In this document: positions 1 to 9,013 of the stretch, piece by piece
Position numbering within the stretch: position 1 is the first letter of the stretch
How the letters are laid out: the number at the start of each line of letters is the position of its first letter
From: a virus
Lineage: Duplodnaviria; Caudoviricetes
Length of the DNA: 64,000 nucleotides
IMG/VR virus record: IMGVR_UViG_641201351_000001
Coordinates: 32,001 to 96,000 of that record
Direction: 5' to 3' (one strand)
Notes under the pieces: model-generated
Databases searched by the model: none
The model's input: the letters and a program-made list of their open reading frames with translations, nothing else
What the model was told of the DNA's origin: nothing
Position numbers and translations under genes: made by a program

Positions 1-498
1 GAGAAAAATAGCTTTAAAGACGCTGCAAAAATTTTTGGAATGGATGAACAAATGCTACAGCTAGCAATTTCTGCTTACGAAAAAACAAAGAAATTGGCTA
101 AGATTGCGAGAGAAGGACAAAATCACCCGATTCAAGCTACTTCTGCATCAATTACAAAAACAGCTATGGTTGATCTCTTAGAATACCTGTCAATGACAGG
201 GTATGGATATATGACTTTAACAGTTCATGACAGCATTTTCTTTGAAATCAAGAAAGAATTTATTTTTGATGCACTTCCAAAAATAAAAGAAATAATGGAA
301 CAAGCTGGTCCAAAAGTTGTTCCCGGAATTATAACTCCAGTTGATGTTGAGGTAGGAGAGAAAATATCGGTATATTGCAATTCTTGCGGTAAAGAAAACG
401 AGATTAATAGATACATGGTAAATCTAAATGAGAAGATAATTGTTGATTTTACTAAGGATCCTTATATTTGCGATGAATGCTTTAACAGGGTTATTTAA
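1..498 (+). CDS. polA: DNA polymerase family A, C-terminal part (5' partial), with a C-terminal Zn-ribbon-like tail
   Basis: Frame open from base 1. AREGQNHPIQATSA and motif C TVHDSIFFE are PolA palm motifs. Tail has CNSC...CDEC. Confidence 0.92.
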   Translation, partial: EKNSFKDAAKIFGMDEQMLQLAISAYEKTKKLAKIAREGQNHPIQATSASITKTAMVDLLEYLSMTGYGYMTLTVHDSIFFEIKKEFIFDALPKIKEIMEQAGPKVVPGIITPVDVEVGEKISVYCNSCGKENEINRYMVNLNEKIIVDFTKDPYICDECFNRVI

Positions 499-781
499 AA
501 TAGTTTCTTAACCAAAAATTCCAGAAGGGCATTAGGGATATTTCAAACGATGCTACTATAAAAACTTCTAACAAATCCAATTTTCTGCCAATCAAGTCTT
601 CAAATAGATTAGATATAATCCACAGAAATCCAGCTACTCCCCAAGAAATATCACGAAAACTCGGCTTTTGTTTAATTATGAAGCTTCCTATTAACACTAC
701 TAGTGAAAATGTAGCCCAGGAAGTTATTATCATTCCCAAGAAATTAACAAAGAGCCTCACTATGTCGCTATTTAGTTCCAT
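491..781 (-). CDS. Small membrane protein, possible lysis accessory
   Basis: 96 aa with 2-3 hydrophobic segments; overlaps the upstream holin-like genes. Confidence 0.55.
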   Translation of the reverse strand: MELNSDIVRLFVNFLGMIITSWATFSLVVLIGSFIIKQKPSFRDISWGVAGFLWIISNLFEDLIGRKLDLLEVFIVASFEISLMPFWNFWLRNYFK

Positions 782-1034
782 TGTCGTTCTTTACCCCCGT
801 CCTATCTTTTTTATCATCATCGTTCTCTTTTTCGTTGACATTATAGGAATTTCCTTTTAATCTGTGTGCGAGTTCACCTATACCTAATAGGGCACCCCAG
901 GCTGAGCCTATTAAAAATGCCCAACCTTGAGGTATATCCTCTCCCGTTAATAAACTGCGTATTAAGAGTGCTAGTGCAGTAACGGAGGTAATTGTTAATA
1001 AAGTTATTCTTATTATAGTGTTTTCTTGATTCAT
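768..1034 (-). CDS. Two-TM holin-like membrane protein
   Basis: Two hydrophobic helices (ITLLTITSVTALALLI; WAFLIGSAWGALLGI) and a charged C-tail; ATGA overlap with the upstream gene. Confidence 0.55.
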   Translation of the reverse strand: MNQENTIIRITLLTITSVTALALLIRSLLTGEDIPQGWAFLIGSAWGALLGIGELAHRLKGNSYNVNEKENDDDKKDRTGVKNDNGTK

Positions 1035-1309
1035 TTTTGCTTTTCATTTTCCCACGCATTCTTAAGGTTCAAGAAGGAAACTACAGCATCAATAAGACCA
1101 GAAACAAAATTAACAATTTCCTTTTGCTTTTCCTCGCTTAATGAAGTTATGTTTAGCGCTTCATCAAGAAGATCCATTGCAATTCTCTTCTTTTCTTTCC
1201 CGTCTTTTTCTTTATATAGACTTTCTACCTTTTGGACCACTTTTATAACTGTAGGGAGGTATTGAACAACTAGGTTTAGGAATGAGATTATTTTTAATAT
1301 AGCTACCAT
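1031..1309 (-). CDS. LL-H-family holin-like protein
   Basis: N-terminal hydrophobic stretch, then VVQKVE..DGKEKKRIA..LIDAVV resembling the LL-H holin pattern; AGGTGG SD 5 nt before ATG 1309. Confidence 0.55.
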   Translation of the reverse strand: MVAILKIISFLNLVVQYLPTVIKVVQKVESLYKEKDGKEKKRIAMDLLDEALNITSLSEEKQKEIVNFVSGLIDAVVSFLNLKNAWENEKQK

Positions 1310-1371
1310 GATTACCACCTTTATTTATTTTATTTAAATGTAGAGAAGAGTTTTATTTTTCCCGGTGCGTA

Positions 1372-1400
1372 TTGACAGCTATGCTGTTTTATGGTAATAT
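1372..1400 (+). promoter_or_regulatory. Sigma70/SigA-type promoter
   Basis: TTGACA-17 nt-TAATAT with TG extension. Confidence 0.8.
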
Positions 1401-1416
1401 TGAACAAGGGAGAAAC

Positions 1417-1746
1417 ATGCTAGGAGCAGTTTACATACTAGAAAAGAGGGGAAGGGGTTTTTACAAGGTTATAGAGAAGGTGGTTAATGAGTTTGTCAAT
1501 GATTCTGATTTAGAGAGTTTAACAATTAGTTTGGCGAATGATGTTTTTGCAAAAAATGGAGCAATTGGTAAAGTTGAACCAACAAATGAATTTTTTATGA
1601 GCGGTTCTGTAGAAATCGATGGAAAAAAATTTAAAACGAGAAGAGTAAAAACTTATAGAGTAAAGATAAATCACTCAAAACTGACAAAAGATGCGGAATT
1701 TTTTGTTGAATCTGTTATTTTAAGTGAGAATGGACAAGTGGCATAA
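1417..1746 (+). CDS. Hypothetical protein (109 aa)
   Basis: ATG 1417 follows the promoter and an AAGGGAG SD; the track start (TTG 1372) is the -35 box. Confidence 0.7.
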   Translation: MLGAVYILEKRGRGFYKVIEKVVNEFVNDSDLESLTISLANDVFAKNGAIGKVEPTNEFFMSGSVEIDGKKFKTRRVKTYRVKINHSKLTKDAEFFVESVILSENGQVA

Positions 1747-2158
1747 AAGATTCATTGAATTAGCAAAAACAATTGCTCAATATTCGAAGGATCCAAGAAC
1801 AAAAGTAGGTGCTGTAATTGTTGATAATGAAAGAAGAATTGTTTCTATGGGATATAATGGCTTCCCAAGAAAAGTTTTGGATTTAGAAGAAAGATTAAAT
1901 AACAGAAAAGAAAAACTCAAATATGTTGTTCATGCAGAGTTGAATGCTATTTTAAATGCTAAAAGAGATATAGAGGGAACAACAATTTATGTTTATCCTT
2001 ATTTTCCTTGCAATGAGTGTGCCAAAGCAATAATTCAGTCTGGTATAAAGAAGGTAATAACTACGGGAATAGTAGATGATAATTGGAAAGAATCAGTTGA
2101 AGCCTCAAAAAACATGTTTAATGAAGCTGGTATAATTGTGGAAATCTTTCAAGAATAA
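1730..2158 (+). CDS. dCMP deaminase
   Basis: HAELNAI and PCNECAKAI zinc motifs, plus SKDPRTKVGAVIV and MGYNG. Confidence 0.95.
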   Translation: MDKWHKRFIELAKTIAQYSKDPRTKVGAVIVDNERRIVSMGYNGFPRKVLDLEERLNNRKEKLKYVVHAELNAILNAKRDIEGTTIYVYPYFPCNECAKAIIQSGIKKVITTGIVDDNWKESVEASKNMFNEAGIIVEIFQE

Positions 2159-2187
2159 GATTTATTTTGTTTATTTAAAATAAGTGT

Positions 2188-2616
2188 ATGTATATTGATG
2201 TTATAAAATTAATCTTGCTTATAGTTTCTTTTACAAATGGTAAACCAGCTACAGAGGATATCGCTTGGCAAGTAGCTTTTAAATTTACACTACCAGAAAA
2301 TACGCCAATAGTTGAAGTTTCATTTGATTATGTGCCTATTTACTTTTCTTCTTTAAACGGAAATCTTTGCGGAATATCTTATGGAGCGTTTGTGATTATT
2401 GATCCAAACAATAAAGAAAAAGGTTGTGAAAATACATTGGAACACGAATTGGCGCATATTTGGCAATATAGGTCTTATGGGTTTATATTACCCATAACAT
2501 ATCCATTTATGAAAGACTTTTGGGAAACTGATGAACCATGGCACAAAATACCAGAAACACACAGAGTTTTAAACTTTCCCCTTATAAGATTTTATATACC
2601 GTTAACTTTTCCGTGA
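2188..2616 (+). CDS. Exported or membrane zincin-like metallopeptidase
   Basis: N-terminal hydrophobic leader; LEHELAHIWQ (HEXXH); TAAAAT 6 nt before ATG. Confidence 0.65.
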   Translation: MYIDVIKLILLIVSFTNGKPATEDIAWQVAFKFTLPENTPIVEVSFDYVPIYFSSLNGNLCGISYGAFVIIDPNNKEKGCENTLEHELAHIWQYRSYGFILPITYPFMKDFWETDEPWHKIPETHRVLNFPLIRFYIPLTFP

Positions 2617-2630
2617 TAACATAAAAACAA

Positions 2631-3155
2631 ATGAAGGATACTTTCAACATCTACATAGACGTAGCCTTAAGAAAATCTGGTGTTTTAATAACAAAAGGCA
2701 AACAACCGATAGAGCATTTTTTAATTAAGTATGACAAAGAATTTAATGTAGAAAACTTTGAAGCTATTGTTGCACACAAAAAATTTATAAAAAAGACATT
2801 TCAAAAAATAAAAGAAAAGTATAAAAAGTTTGATAAGGCATTTTTAGAAGCAGATGTTCTTGGTTATAGAAAAGGGGGTTTTAAGAATAAGGAATTAATG
2901 ACAATAGTAAGAATGAATTATAGCTTTTCTTTAAGTGAAGTTTTAGTTAAACCAAAAAATATTCACTTTATAACAGCGTCTGTATGGAAAAGAAAACTAC
3001 TAGGAAATGCCGCTTTAAAAAAAGCAGAGTACAAAGAAAGGTTGGTAAAATTGATTGAAAAGGAATTGCACATAGAAATTAGTGATATCAAAAGTATGGA
3101 TATATTGGATGCATACGGCATTTTCCTGTATTTCTTTAAATCAAATGTTGTGTAG
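2631..3155 (+). CDS. RuvC-like Holliday junction resolvase
   Basis: IYIDVALRKSG, FLEAD, ITASVWKR and DILDAYGI match the RuvC acidic residue pattern. Confidence 0.75.
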   Translation: MKDTFNIYIDVALRKSGVLITKGKQPIEHFLIKYDKEFNVENFEAIVAHKKFIKKTFQKIKEKYKKFDKAFLEADVLGYRKGGFKNKELMTIVRMNYSFSLSEVLVKPKNIHFITASVWKRKLLGNAALKKAEYKERLVKLIEKELHIEISDIKSMDILDAYGIFLYFFKSNVV

Positions 3156-3164
3156 ACTCAAGCG

Positions 3165-3193
3165 TTGACTTCTTTCTCTTCTTGTGTTATCAT
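3165..3193 (+). promoter_or_regulatory. Sigma70-type promoter, leaderless for the RNR gene
   Basis: TTGACT-17 nt-TATCAT with TG extension; ATG 3201 lies 7 nt after the -10 box. Confidence 0.75.
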
Positions 3194-3200
3194 AGAAGCC

Positions 3201-5594
3201 ATGACTGACCTAGCAAGATACAAGGAAGAGCTTTACGGATCTGAAGCCTTAAGGGTTCTTTTTGATAAGATAAAGAGTAATTTTGAAGAGGATGTTGATA
3301 CTTTTGAGAAATTTTTGGAATATGGAGAACCAGAAAATGCGCTAACAAAAGAAGAAATTAACAATGTATTTACTGAACTTGAAAAACTAGGATTAATTGA
3401 AGAAATTAAAGATGAGCTTTCTTCTTTCTACAAAGTAAAGAAAGAAGATTTGATTGACGGGTTTTTTGTTCAAAACATTTCTAGCGAAATCTACAAACAA
3501 AAATACCAACTGAAGGATGGAAAAAACAAAAATGAGCTAGTTGATTTAACGCCATACCACACATTTGTTCGTGTAGCACTAGCTGTAGCATTAGTTAATG
3601 CTAGATACTCAAAAAGATTAGAAAAGTATGGTTTAGATGCATTTAAGACTTTTGTTGACGATTTTCTTTCCTTCTTTTACATTTTGGCAACTGGAAGATC
3701 TACTGGTGCGGGTAGAGTAATGTCAAACGCTGGTTCTAAGTTATATAAGACTTACACGACACTAATAAACTGTACAGTAATGAGGCAAATTCCTGATAGC
3801 ATGCATGGAATAATGGAAACACTAACTGAAGCTAGTCTTACCTTAAAGGCTGGTGCGGGAACAGGATACGATTTTTCCTCTATTCGTCCTAAGGGCGCTT
3901 TTGTTCACGGTGCTGGTGCAGAAACTTCTGGTGTAGTTTCATTTGCTGAAATTTTTGACAAAATGTGTTCAACTATTATGTCTGCTGGTGGAAGAAGAGG
4001 AGCACAAATGCTTGTTATTGATGTAAGACATCCAGAAAGCATTGATCTATTTATGGCAAAAAGAAATGATGGGGTTCTTAGATATTTCAACATTTCTCTT
4101 CTTTTCCCCAATTCACTAATGGAAAAAGTTAAAAATGACGAAGAATTTGAGCAATGGTTCTGGACTTTTGAGATGACATTTACTCCTAGTGAGGTTATTG
4201 AAAAAAATGGTAACAATGTTTTCTTTATTGGAGATAAAGAAGTAGTAATTGTTGAAAATGGCAAACTTCCTTATGAGTACGAAGAATACGACTATTTTGC
4301 TTTTGGTGAAGATCATCAAGTAATGAAATATGAAAATTTTGGTAAAGATAAGTATAGAATTTACAAAAAAGAAGTATTTAAGAGAGTAAGAGCTAGGGAA
4401 ATTTATGATATCGTAATGCAATCTACCTACGACTATGCAGAACCAGGAATTATTTTTATTGATAATGTAAACAACAAAAATGTTTTGAAGGGAAAGGAAT
4501 ACATTAGGGCAACAAATCCATGTGGAGAACAGCCTTTGCCACCATACGGTTCTTGCAATTTAGGTTCTATTTTCCTTCACAGGTTTGTTAAGGAGCCCTT
4601 TAATTATGATTTGAAACCAGAAGAAAATTTTGATTTTGACAAACTTTTTGAGGTTTCCAGGTTAATGAATAGATTTCTTGATTTTGTTAATGACATAACA
4701 AATCTTCCGCTAGTTCAATTAAAAGAGGCCGCTTTTACTAAGAGAAGGCATGGGCTTGGAATTTCTGGTATTGCAGACACATTAATAATGGTTGGACTTA
4801 GATACGGTTCTGAGGAAGCTGCAAAGTTTTTAGAAAAAATAATGTATACGATACAACTTGCTTCTGCAGTAGAAAATGTTAGAATGGCCGATATTTATGG
4901 TCCTGCTCCCGTTGGCGTTACACTAAAAGAATGGGTAGATGTGTTTGGTCATTTAAAAGAGAAGCTTGAAGAGATTTACGGAGAAGACTTTTATAAACTA
5001 CCACTTAGATATTCTCACGCAATCTCTATTGCTCCAACTGGAACAATTTCTTTAACATTCGGAAACAATGTAGCTAACGGAATTGAGCCTACTTTTGCTT
5101 TGTCTTACATGAGGAACATTAGATTGCCTGGCAAAAAAACAAAAACTCAAGAAGAGGTCTATTCATTTGCTGCAATCCTTTTTAAGAATTACTTTGGACA
5201 CACAAATTACAATGAATATTTTGTTACTACAAACGATATTACTGTAGATGAACATATAAGGATGCAAGCTAGCGCACAGAAATATGTTGATAGCGCAATT
5301 TCAAAGACCTGCAATGTTCCTACTGATTATCCATTTGAGATGTTTAAAGAAGCTTATATTAAGGCATATGAATTGGGCCTTAAAGGATTTACCACATTCA
5401 GATTTAACCCCAAGTTTTCTGTAGGCGTTCTTGTAAAGAAAGATGACTTAGAGAACCTGTTAATTGAATTTGAAACAGATACTGGGGAGAAATATGTTGT
5501 AAAAGGTTCAGATATTGTTGTTTATGATGGTGAAGAACATGTGGCAGCCAATCTTTACGAGGCATTAAAAGAAGGCATTTACGGGCGCATGTAA
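3201..5594 (+). CDS. nrdJ: Class II (B12-dependent) ribonucleotide reductase, catalytic part (NrdJa-like)
   Basis: TLINC, RRGAQM, ATNPCGEQPL, SCNLGS, IAPTGTIS, GIEP motifs; no class I beta subunit nearby; next gene carries the NrdJ C-terminal part. Confidence 0.9.
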   Translation: MTDLARYKEELYGSEALRVLFDKIKSNFEEDVDTFEKFLEYGEPENALTKEEINNVFTELEKLGLIEEIKDELSSFYKVKKEDLIDGFFVQNISSEIYKQKYQLKDGKNKNELVDLTPYHTFVRVALAVALVNARYSKRLEKYGLDAFKTFVDDFLSFFYILATGRSTGAGRVMSNAGSKLYKTYTTLINCTVMRQIPDSMHGIMETLTEASLTLKAGAGTGYDFSSIRPKGAFVHGAGAETSGVVSFAEIFDKMCSTIMSAGGRRGAQMLVIDVRHPESIDLFMAKRNDGVLRYFNISLLFPNSLMEKVKNDEEFEQWFWTFEMTFTPSEVIEKNGNNVFFIGDKEVVIVENGKLPYEYEEYDYFAFGEDHQVMKYENFGKDKYRIYKKEVFKRVRAREIYDIVMQSTYDYAEPGIIFIDNVNNKNVLKGKEYIRATNPCGEQPLPPYGSCNLGSIFLHRFVKEPFNYDLKPEENFDFDKLFEVSRLMNRFLDFVNDITNLPLVQLKEAAFTKRRHGLGISGIADTLIMVGLRYGSEEAAKFLEKIMYTIQLASAVENVRMADIYGPAPVGVTLKEWVDVFGHLKEKLEEIYGEDFYKLPLRYSHAISIAPTGTISLTFGNNVANGIEPTFALSYMRNIRLPGKKTKTQEEVYSFAAILFKNYFGHTNYNEYFVTTNDITVDEHIRMQASAQKYVDSAISKTCNVPTDYPFEMFKEAYIKAYELGLKGFTTFRFNPKFSVGVLVKKDDLENLLIEFETDTGEKYVVKGSDIVVYDGEEHVAANLYEALKEGIYGRM

Positions 5595-5606
5595 AAGGAG
5601 GCCTAC

Positions 5607-6206
5607 ATGGTAGAGATAAAGGGAAAGATAATCGGATTTCGTCTTCTAGAAAACAAAGAAGATGATAAACAAAAACCCCTTATTAGAAATCAAGTGGTTC
5701 ATGGTTATACAATAAAAATTTCATACAACGATCACTCTCTCTATTTCACCTTAAATTTTGATGAGCAAGGAAATCTTTTAGAGCTTTTTGTTAACAGCTC
5801 CTCAACATCGTCTTCAACTAATGCTTATATACAAGCGATCGCTAGAATGGTAAGCAATCAATTAAAATATAGAATTCCAATAGAAAAGATTATCAAGCAC
5901 TTAGATAACCTTGATTCTGGAGAAACTTATTTGGTAAAGTTTCCTGGAATGAAGAAATCTAAATTCATTAAAAGTATTCCTGATTTAATAGCAAAAGTTT
6001 TGACATACTACAAAGATGAAGAAACGCTTAAAAAAATTTCCCAAGGAAATAATTTAGATGAAAAACCAGAAGAAAAATATAATGATGAAACAAAAATTGA
6101 AGTTAAGACCTCTTCTATAACTTGTCCCTCATGTGGAAGCAATAGCGTAAAAGTTGAAGAAGGATGCTTTACATGCTTGTCTTGCGGGTATTCTAAGTGT
6201 GGCTGA
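5607..6206 (+). CDS. Class II RNR C-terminal subunit (TSCPD domain plus Zn ribbon, NrdJb-like)
   Basis: AIARMVS, SIPD and C-terminal CPSCGS..EEGCFTCLSCGYSKCG; AGGAGG SD. Confidence 0.85.
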   Translation: MVEIKGKIIGFRLLENKEDDKQKPLIRNQVVHGYTIKISYNDHSLYFTLNFDEQGNLLELFVNSSSTSSSTNAYIQAIARMVSNQLKYRIPIEKIIKHLDNLDSGETYLVKFPGMKKSKFIKSIPDLIAKVLTYYKDEETLKKISQGNNLDEKPEEKYNDETKIEVKTSSITCPSCGSNSVKVEEGCFTCLSCGYSKCG

Positions 6207-6239
6207 GGCTTTTGTGGTATATTTAGGTTGGAGGTGTAC

Positions 6240-6446
6240 ATGAACCTTTCCTGGGTGGAAGAACTTAGAAAGGAAAGAGAAATGATCGAAAGCGAATATG
6301 CCTCTCTTGGACAAAAGATACAAGAACTAGAAGCTAGAAGGAAAATGTTAAGAGAACGGGCAATTTATTTGGAGGGTGTTTTAGATGCTGTAAAGAAGAT
6401 TCAAGAAGAAACACAAGCCAACGAAACAAGCCAAGAAGGTAACTAA
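6240..6446 (+). CDS. Small coiled-coil protein
   Basis: GGAGGTG SD before ATG 6240; heptad-rich sequence. Confidence 0.7.
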   Translation: MNLSWVEELRKEREMIESEYASLGQKIQELEARRKMLRERAIYLEGVLDAVKKIQEETQANETSQEGN

Positions 6447-6458
6447 AGGAGAGAAAAC

Positions 6459-6911
6459 ATGTTAGTAGATCAGGATGGAAAGCCACTAAGCAAGAAGGAG
6501 CTTAAGTATCTTCCTAATTTTTTGGGAATTGTTTCTGTTGTTACAAAGAAAAGCGTTGTGGAAACAAATGAACCACTTGAACCATACTTTATAATGTTTA
6601 TGCTTGTTACGCCTCAAAAAATGGAGCTTTATTCTCAGGCTGGTTCGTTGTTGCAGGAGGTAATACTTCACAATCTTCTTGACTCATATGTTAAGAAGGA
6701 ATACGGGAAAGAATTAAAGGAAATGGACGAAAAAGAAGCACAAAAAATGCTTTCCGAATTTTTGAGGAAATATCAAGTAAACATTCAGCCACAACCAATT
6801 CCTCTGGATTTTGTTGTTTTAGAAAACATTGACGAAGAAGAATTAAAGAAGCTAGTAGAGCAGGAAAAACTAAAGAGCGGCTTTTTGGTAAGCGGCAATG
6901 AACAAGGATAA
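6459..6911 (+). CDS. Hypothetical protein
   Basis: 150-aa ORF with AAGGAG SD, in operon. Confidence 0.75.
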   Translation: MLVDQDGKPLSKKELKYLPNFLGIVSVVTKKSVVETNEPLEPYFIMFMLVTPQKMELYSQAGSLLQEVILHNLLDSYVKKEYGKELKEMDEKEAQKMLSEFLRKYQVNIQPQPIPLDFVVLENIDEEELKKLVEQEKLKSGFLVSGNEQG

Positions 6912-7227
6912 AGTTCTTACAGTCAACTCGCTAATTGTTAGGGTTCAAAAGAGTGGAGAGAAGTATACTGATACTGGATTAGTTGTTGTGGAAGAAGAAA
7001 AGGCTGTAAATTTTGGAGAAGTTGTATCTTTACCCTTTCTAATTACAGAATCTCATAAAGAATACGAAGAACTTGTAAAACATATTTCGGTAGGAGATAC
7101 TGTAATATTTAATGCAAAAATGACATACAATATCATTAAGCTTGAAAATCAAAAACCAAACGAAGAATTTTTAATAATATCACTTGATAACATACACGCA
7201 ATTGTAAAGAAGAAGGAGGTGCAATGA
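6898..7227 (+). CDS. GroES/Cpn10-like co-chaperonin
   Basis: LIVRV..TDTGLVV (mobile loop)..GEVVS..VGDTVIF..EEFLIISLDNIHAIV aligns by eye with GroES. Confidence 0.8.
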   Translation: MNKDKVLTVNSLIVRVQKSGEKYTDTGLVVVEEEKAVNFGEVVSLPFLITESHKEYEELVKHISVGDTVIFNAKMTYNIIKLENQKPNEEFLIISLDNIHAIVKKKEVQ

Positions 7228-7439
7228 CAACAACCTTCTCTTTTAAAACGAAAAAAACATGTTCTTGTAAATTTTCTGACGAATATACACTTGTTTGCGA
7301 AAATGATAGCTGCAAATTGTATTCCAACGGTATTTTAGTAACAAAAGATAAAAATTACGCAAGAACACTAATAGAAAGTGTTAAGGATTCTTTAGAAGAA
7401 GAGGACTATAGAAAGGCATTGGAGCTTTTGGGGGGTTAG
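7224..7439 (+). CDS. Small Cys-containing hypothetical protein
   Basis: AGGAGGT SD, ATGA overlap, 4 Cys. Confidence 0.65.
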   Translation: MTTTFSFKTKKTCSCKFSDEYTLVCENDSCKLYSNGILVTKDKNYARTLIESVKDSLEEEDYRKALELLGG

Positions 7440-7440
7440 T

Positions 7441-7884
7441 ATGGACATTGTTTTGTTTTTCAAAACCTCTTTACTAACCTTCTTAATTTCTCATGTTTAT
7501 ATACGATACCTAAAGTATATACCCAAATTTCGTATCTTTAAGGGCATTTTTCAAGAATATTACTATTGTTATGCGTGTGTAGGTTTTTGGGTAGCGGCGC
7601 TTATTGTTGTGATTGTTCGTCCTGAAATAACTGATAAGCTTTTGTTTGCAATTTTAGGAACAATTGGATTTTTGTATAATTTTGATACAAGCGTCCTTTT
7701 TTCAAGAATTAGAGAAAATGGACTTTTTTCTTTTACCCCTGTTGTAAGTGCTGTAATCCTTGCTGCTTTTGTCTTTTTAATTTCCTTGAAAATTTCTGCA
7801 ATTTCTTTGCTATTAACAATATCGCTAACAAATGTTATTTACAAAGAACTCTATGAACGCTTTTTAGGAGGCTCCGATGCCTAA
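7441..7884 (+). CDS. Multi-TM membrane protein with CxxC (DUF1360-like)
   Basis: CYACVGFW at the start of a TM helix; about 4-5 hydrophobic segments. Confidence 0.6.
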   Translation: MDIVLFFKTSLLTFLISHVYIRYLKYIPKFRIFKGIFQEYYYCYACVGFWVAALIVVIVRPEITDKLLFAILGTIGFLYNFDTSVLFSRIRENGLFSFTPVVSAVILAAFVFLISLKISAISLLLTISLTNVIYKELYERFLGGSDA

Positions 7885-8185
7885 AAAGGTAAAAACAGAA
7901 GATATTTTGTCTTCTTTAATACAAACAAACTTTACACTTTCCAACAAAAAGGATTTTTTTCCAACAACCAAGAAGGAATTTTTAAAACTGAAAAAGTTTT
8001 TGGGAAAGTCATTAAACCTAGAAGGAAGATATGATTTTGATGCTATATATTTGCCTATAAATGAAATTATATCTTTAGTTTCACAGAAGGATTATTGGAC
8101 AACCAAAGAACTGAAACTACTTGATGAGCAGATTAAAGAGTATTCTCTTAGATATTTAGTAAAGACTGTAGCAAATATGATATAA
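7877..8185 (+). CDS. Hypothetical protein
   Basis: AGGAGG SD, overlaps the upstream stop. Confidence 0.7.
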   Translation: MPKKVKTEDILSSLIQTNFTLSNKKDFFPTTKKEFLKLKKFLGKSLNLEGRYDFDAIYLPINEIISLVSQKDYWTTKELKLLDEQIKEYSLRYLVKTVANMI

Positions 8186-8200
8186 TCTTTTTGAGGATAT

Positions 8201-8548
8201 ATGGACAGAAACAACACAAGACAAAAATTTCAAGAGGTAAGACAGGCAAAAATGCTTGCATTTTTGTCTAATACATGTAGTTTTTGTCAACAACTGTTAA
8301 ATGAATATGGTAATGTTTTAGATACTTTAGGTGTCGTAAGACTGTTTGTTGAAGAAGATAGAATTCTTTTCAACAAAGAGTATGTATATGTAAGAGAATG
8401 GCTAAAAAACAACAATCAAGAACTAGCAAAGTATCCATATATAACTCCGGTTCTTTTAGTTAGGGATGATAATTTGAACACAGTCGGAGTTTATCTTGGA
8501 TATATGAGTATAAAAACCTTTTTAGATCAATTAACAAATACGCAATAA
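8201..8548 (+). CDS. Thioredoxin/glutaredoxin-fold protein
   Basis: FLSNTCSFC (CxxC) and ITPVLLV (cis-Pro loop). Confidence 0.7.
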   Translation: MDRNNTRQKFQEVRQAKMLAFLSNTCSFCQQLLNEYGNVLDTLGVVRLFVEEDRILFNKEYVYVREWLKNNNQELAKYPYITPVLLVRDDNLNTVGVYLGYMSIKTFLDQLTNTQ

Positions 8549-8557
8549 AATGAAAGA

Positions 8558-9013
8558 ATGAGAGAAGTTATTTTACCTGAAATAAAAATTACCTATATAC
8601 CTGATAGAAAGGTCAGGTTTTATATTGATTTTGAAAAGCTTTTTAATCTTGGCCTTCATAAGTCAAACCTTGTTGTAAGTTTCCAAAACAAAAACTTTGA
8701 GTTTTCTGAAGAAAATATCTTTGAAAGACTACTTTTTAACCCCCCTCCTGAGGATAATATTGTTGAGGAATTTCAACTAATAGTTATAACTTTAGCAATA
8801 AAAGTCGTAGAAAAATTAATTGTTAGATTTCTGGAATCAAAAAGTGAATACGATGTTAACTATGAAGAATTAGAATCTAAATTTAACGAAATAAAATCAA
8901 AATATGAAAACCTTGGATTTATACTTGAATTTGAAACGACAGCATTAGTTCCCTTTTATCTGTTCGTGTTGGATGTTTTATTAGATGTATTTAAAATTGG
9001 GGAGGAGCAATGA
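8558..9013 (+). CDS. Hypothetical protein
   Basis: 151-aa ORF; TAAAAT 6 nt before ATG. Confidence 0.7.
   Translation: MREVILPEIKITYIPDRKVRFYIDFEKLFNLGLHKSNLVVSFQNKNFEFSEENIFERLLFNPPPEDNIVEEFQLIVITLAIKVVEKLIVRFLESKSEYDVNYEELESKFNEIKSKYENLGFILEFETTALVPFYLFVLDVLLDVFKIGEEQ

Noticed and set aside
220-240. HDS instead of HDE in polymerase motif C as a sign of inactivity
   Set aside because: The catalytic Asp is kept and HDS occurs in other phage family A polymerases.
4150-4400. Intein in the RNR insertion
   Set aside because: Short, with no Cys/Ser start, no His-Asn end and no LAGLIDADG motif; looks like an ordinary loop insertion.
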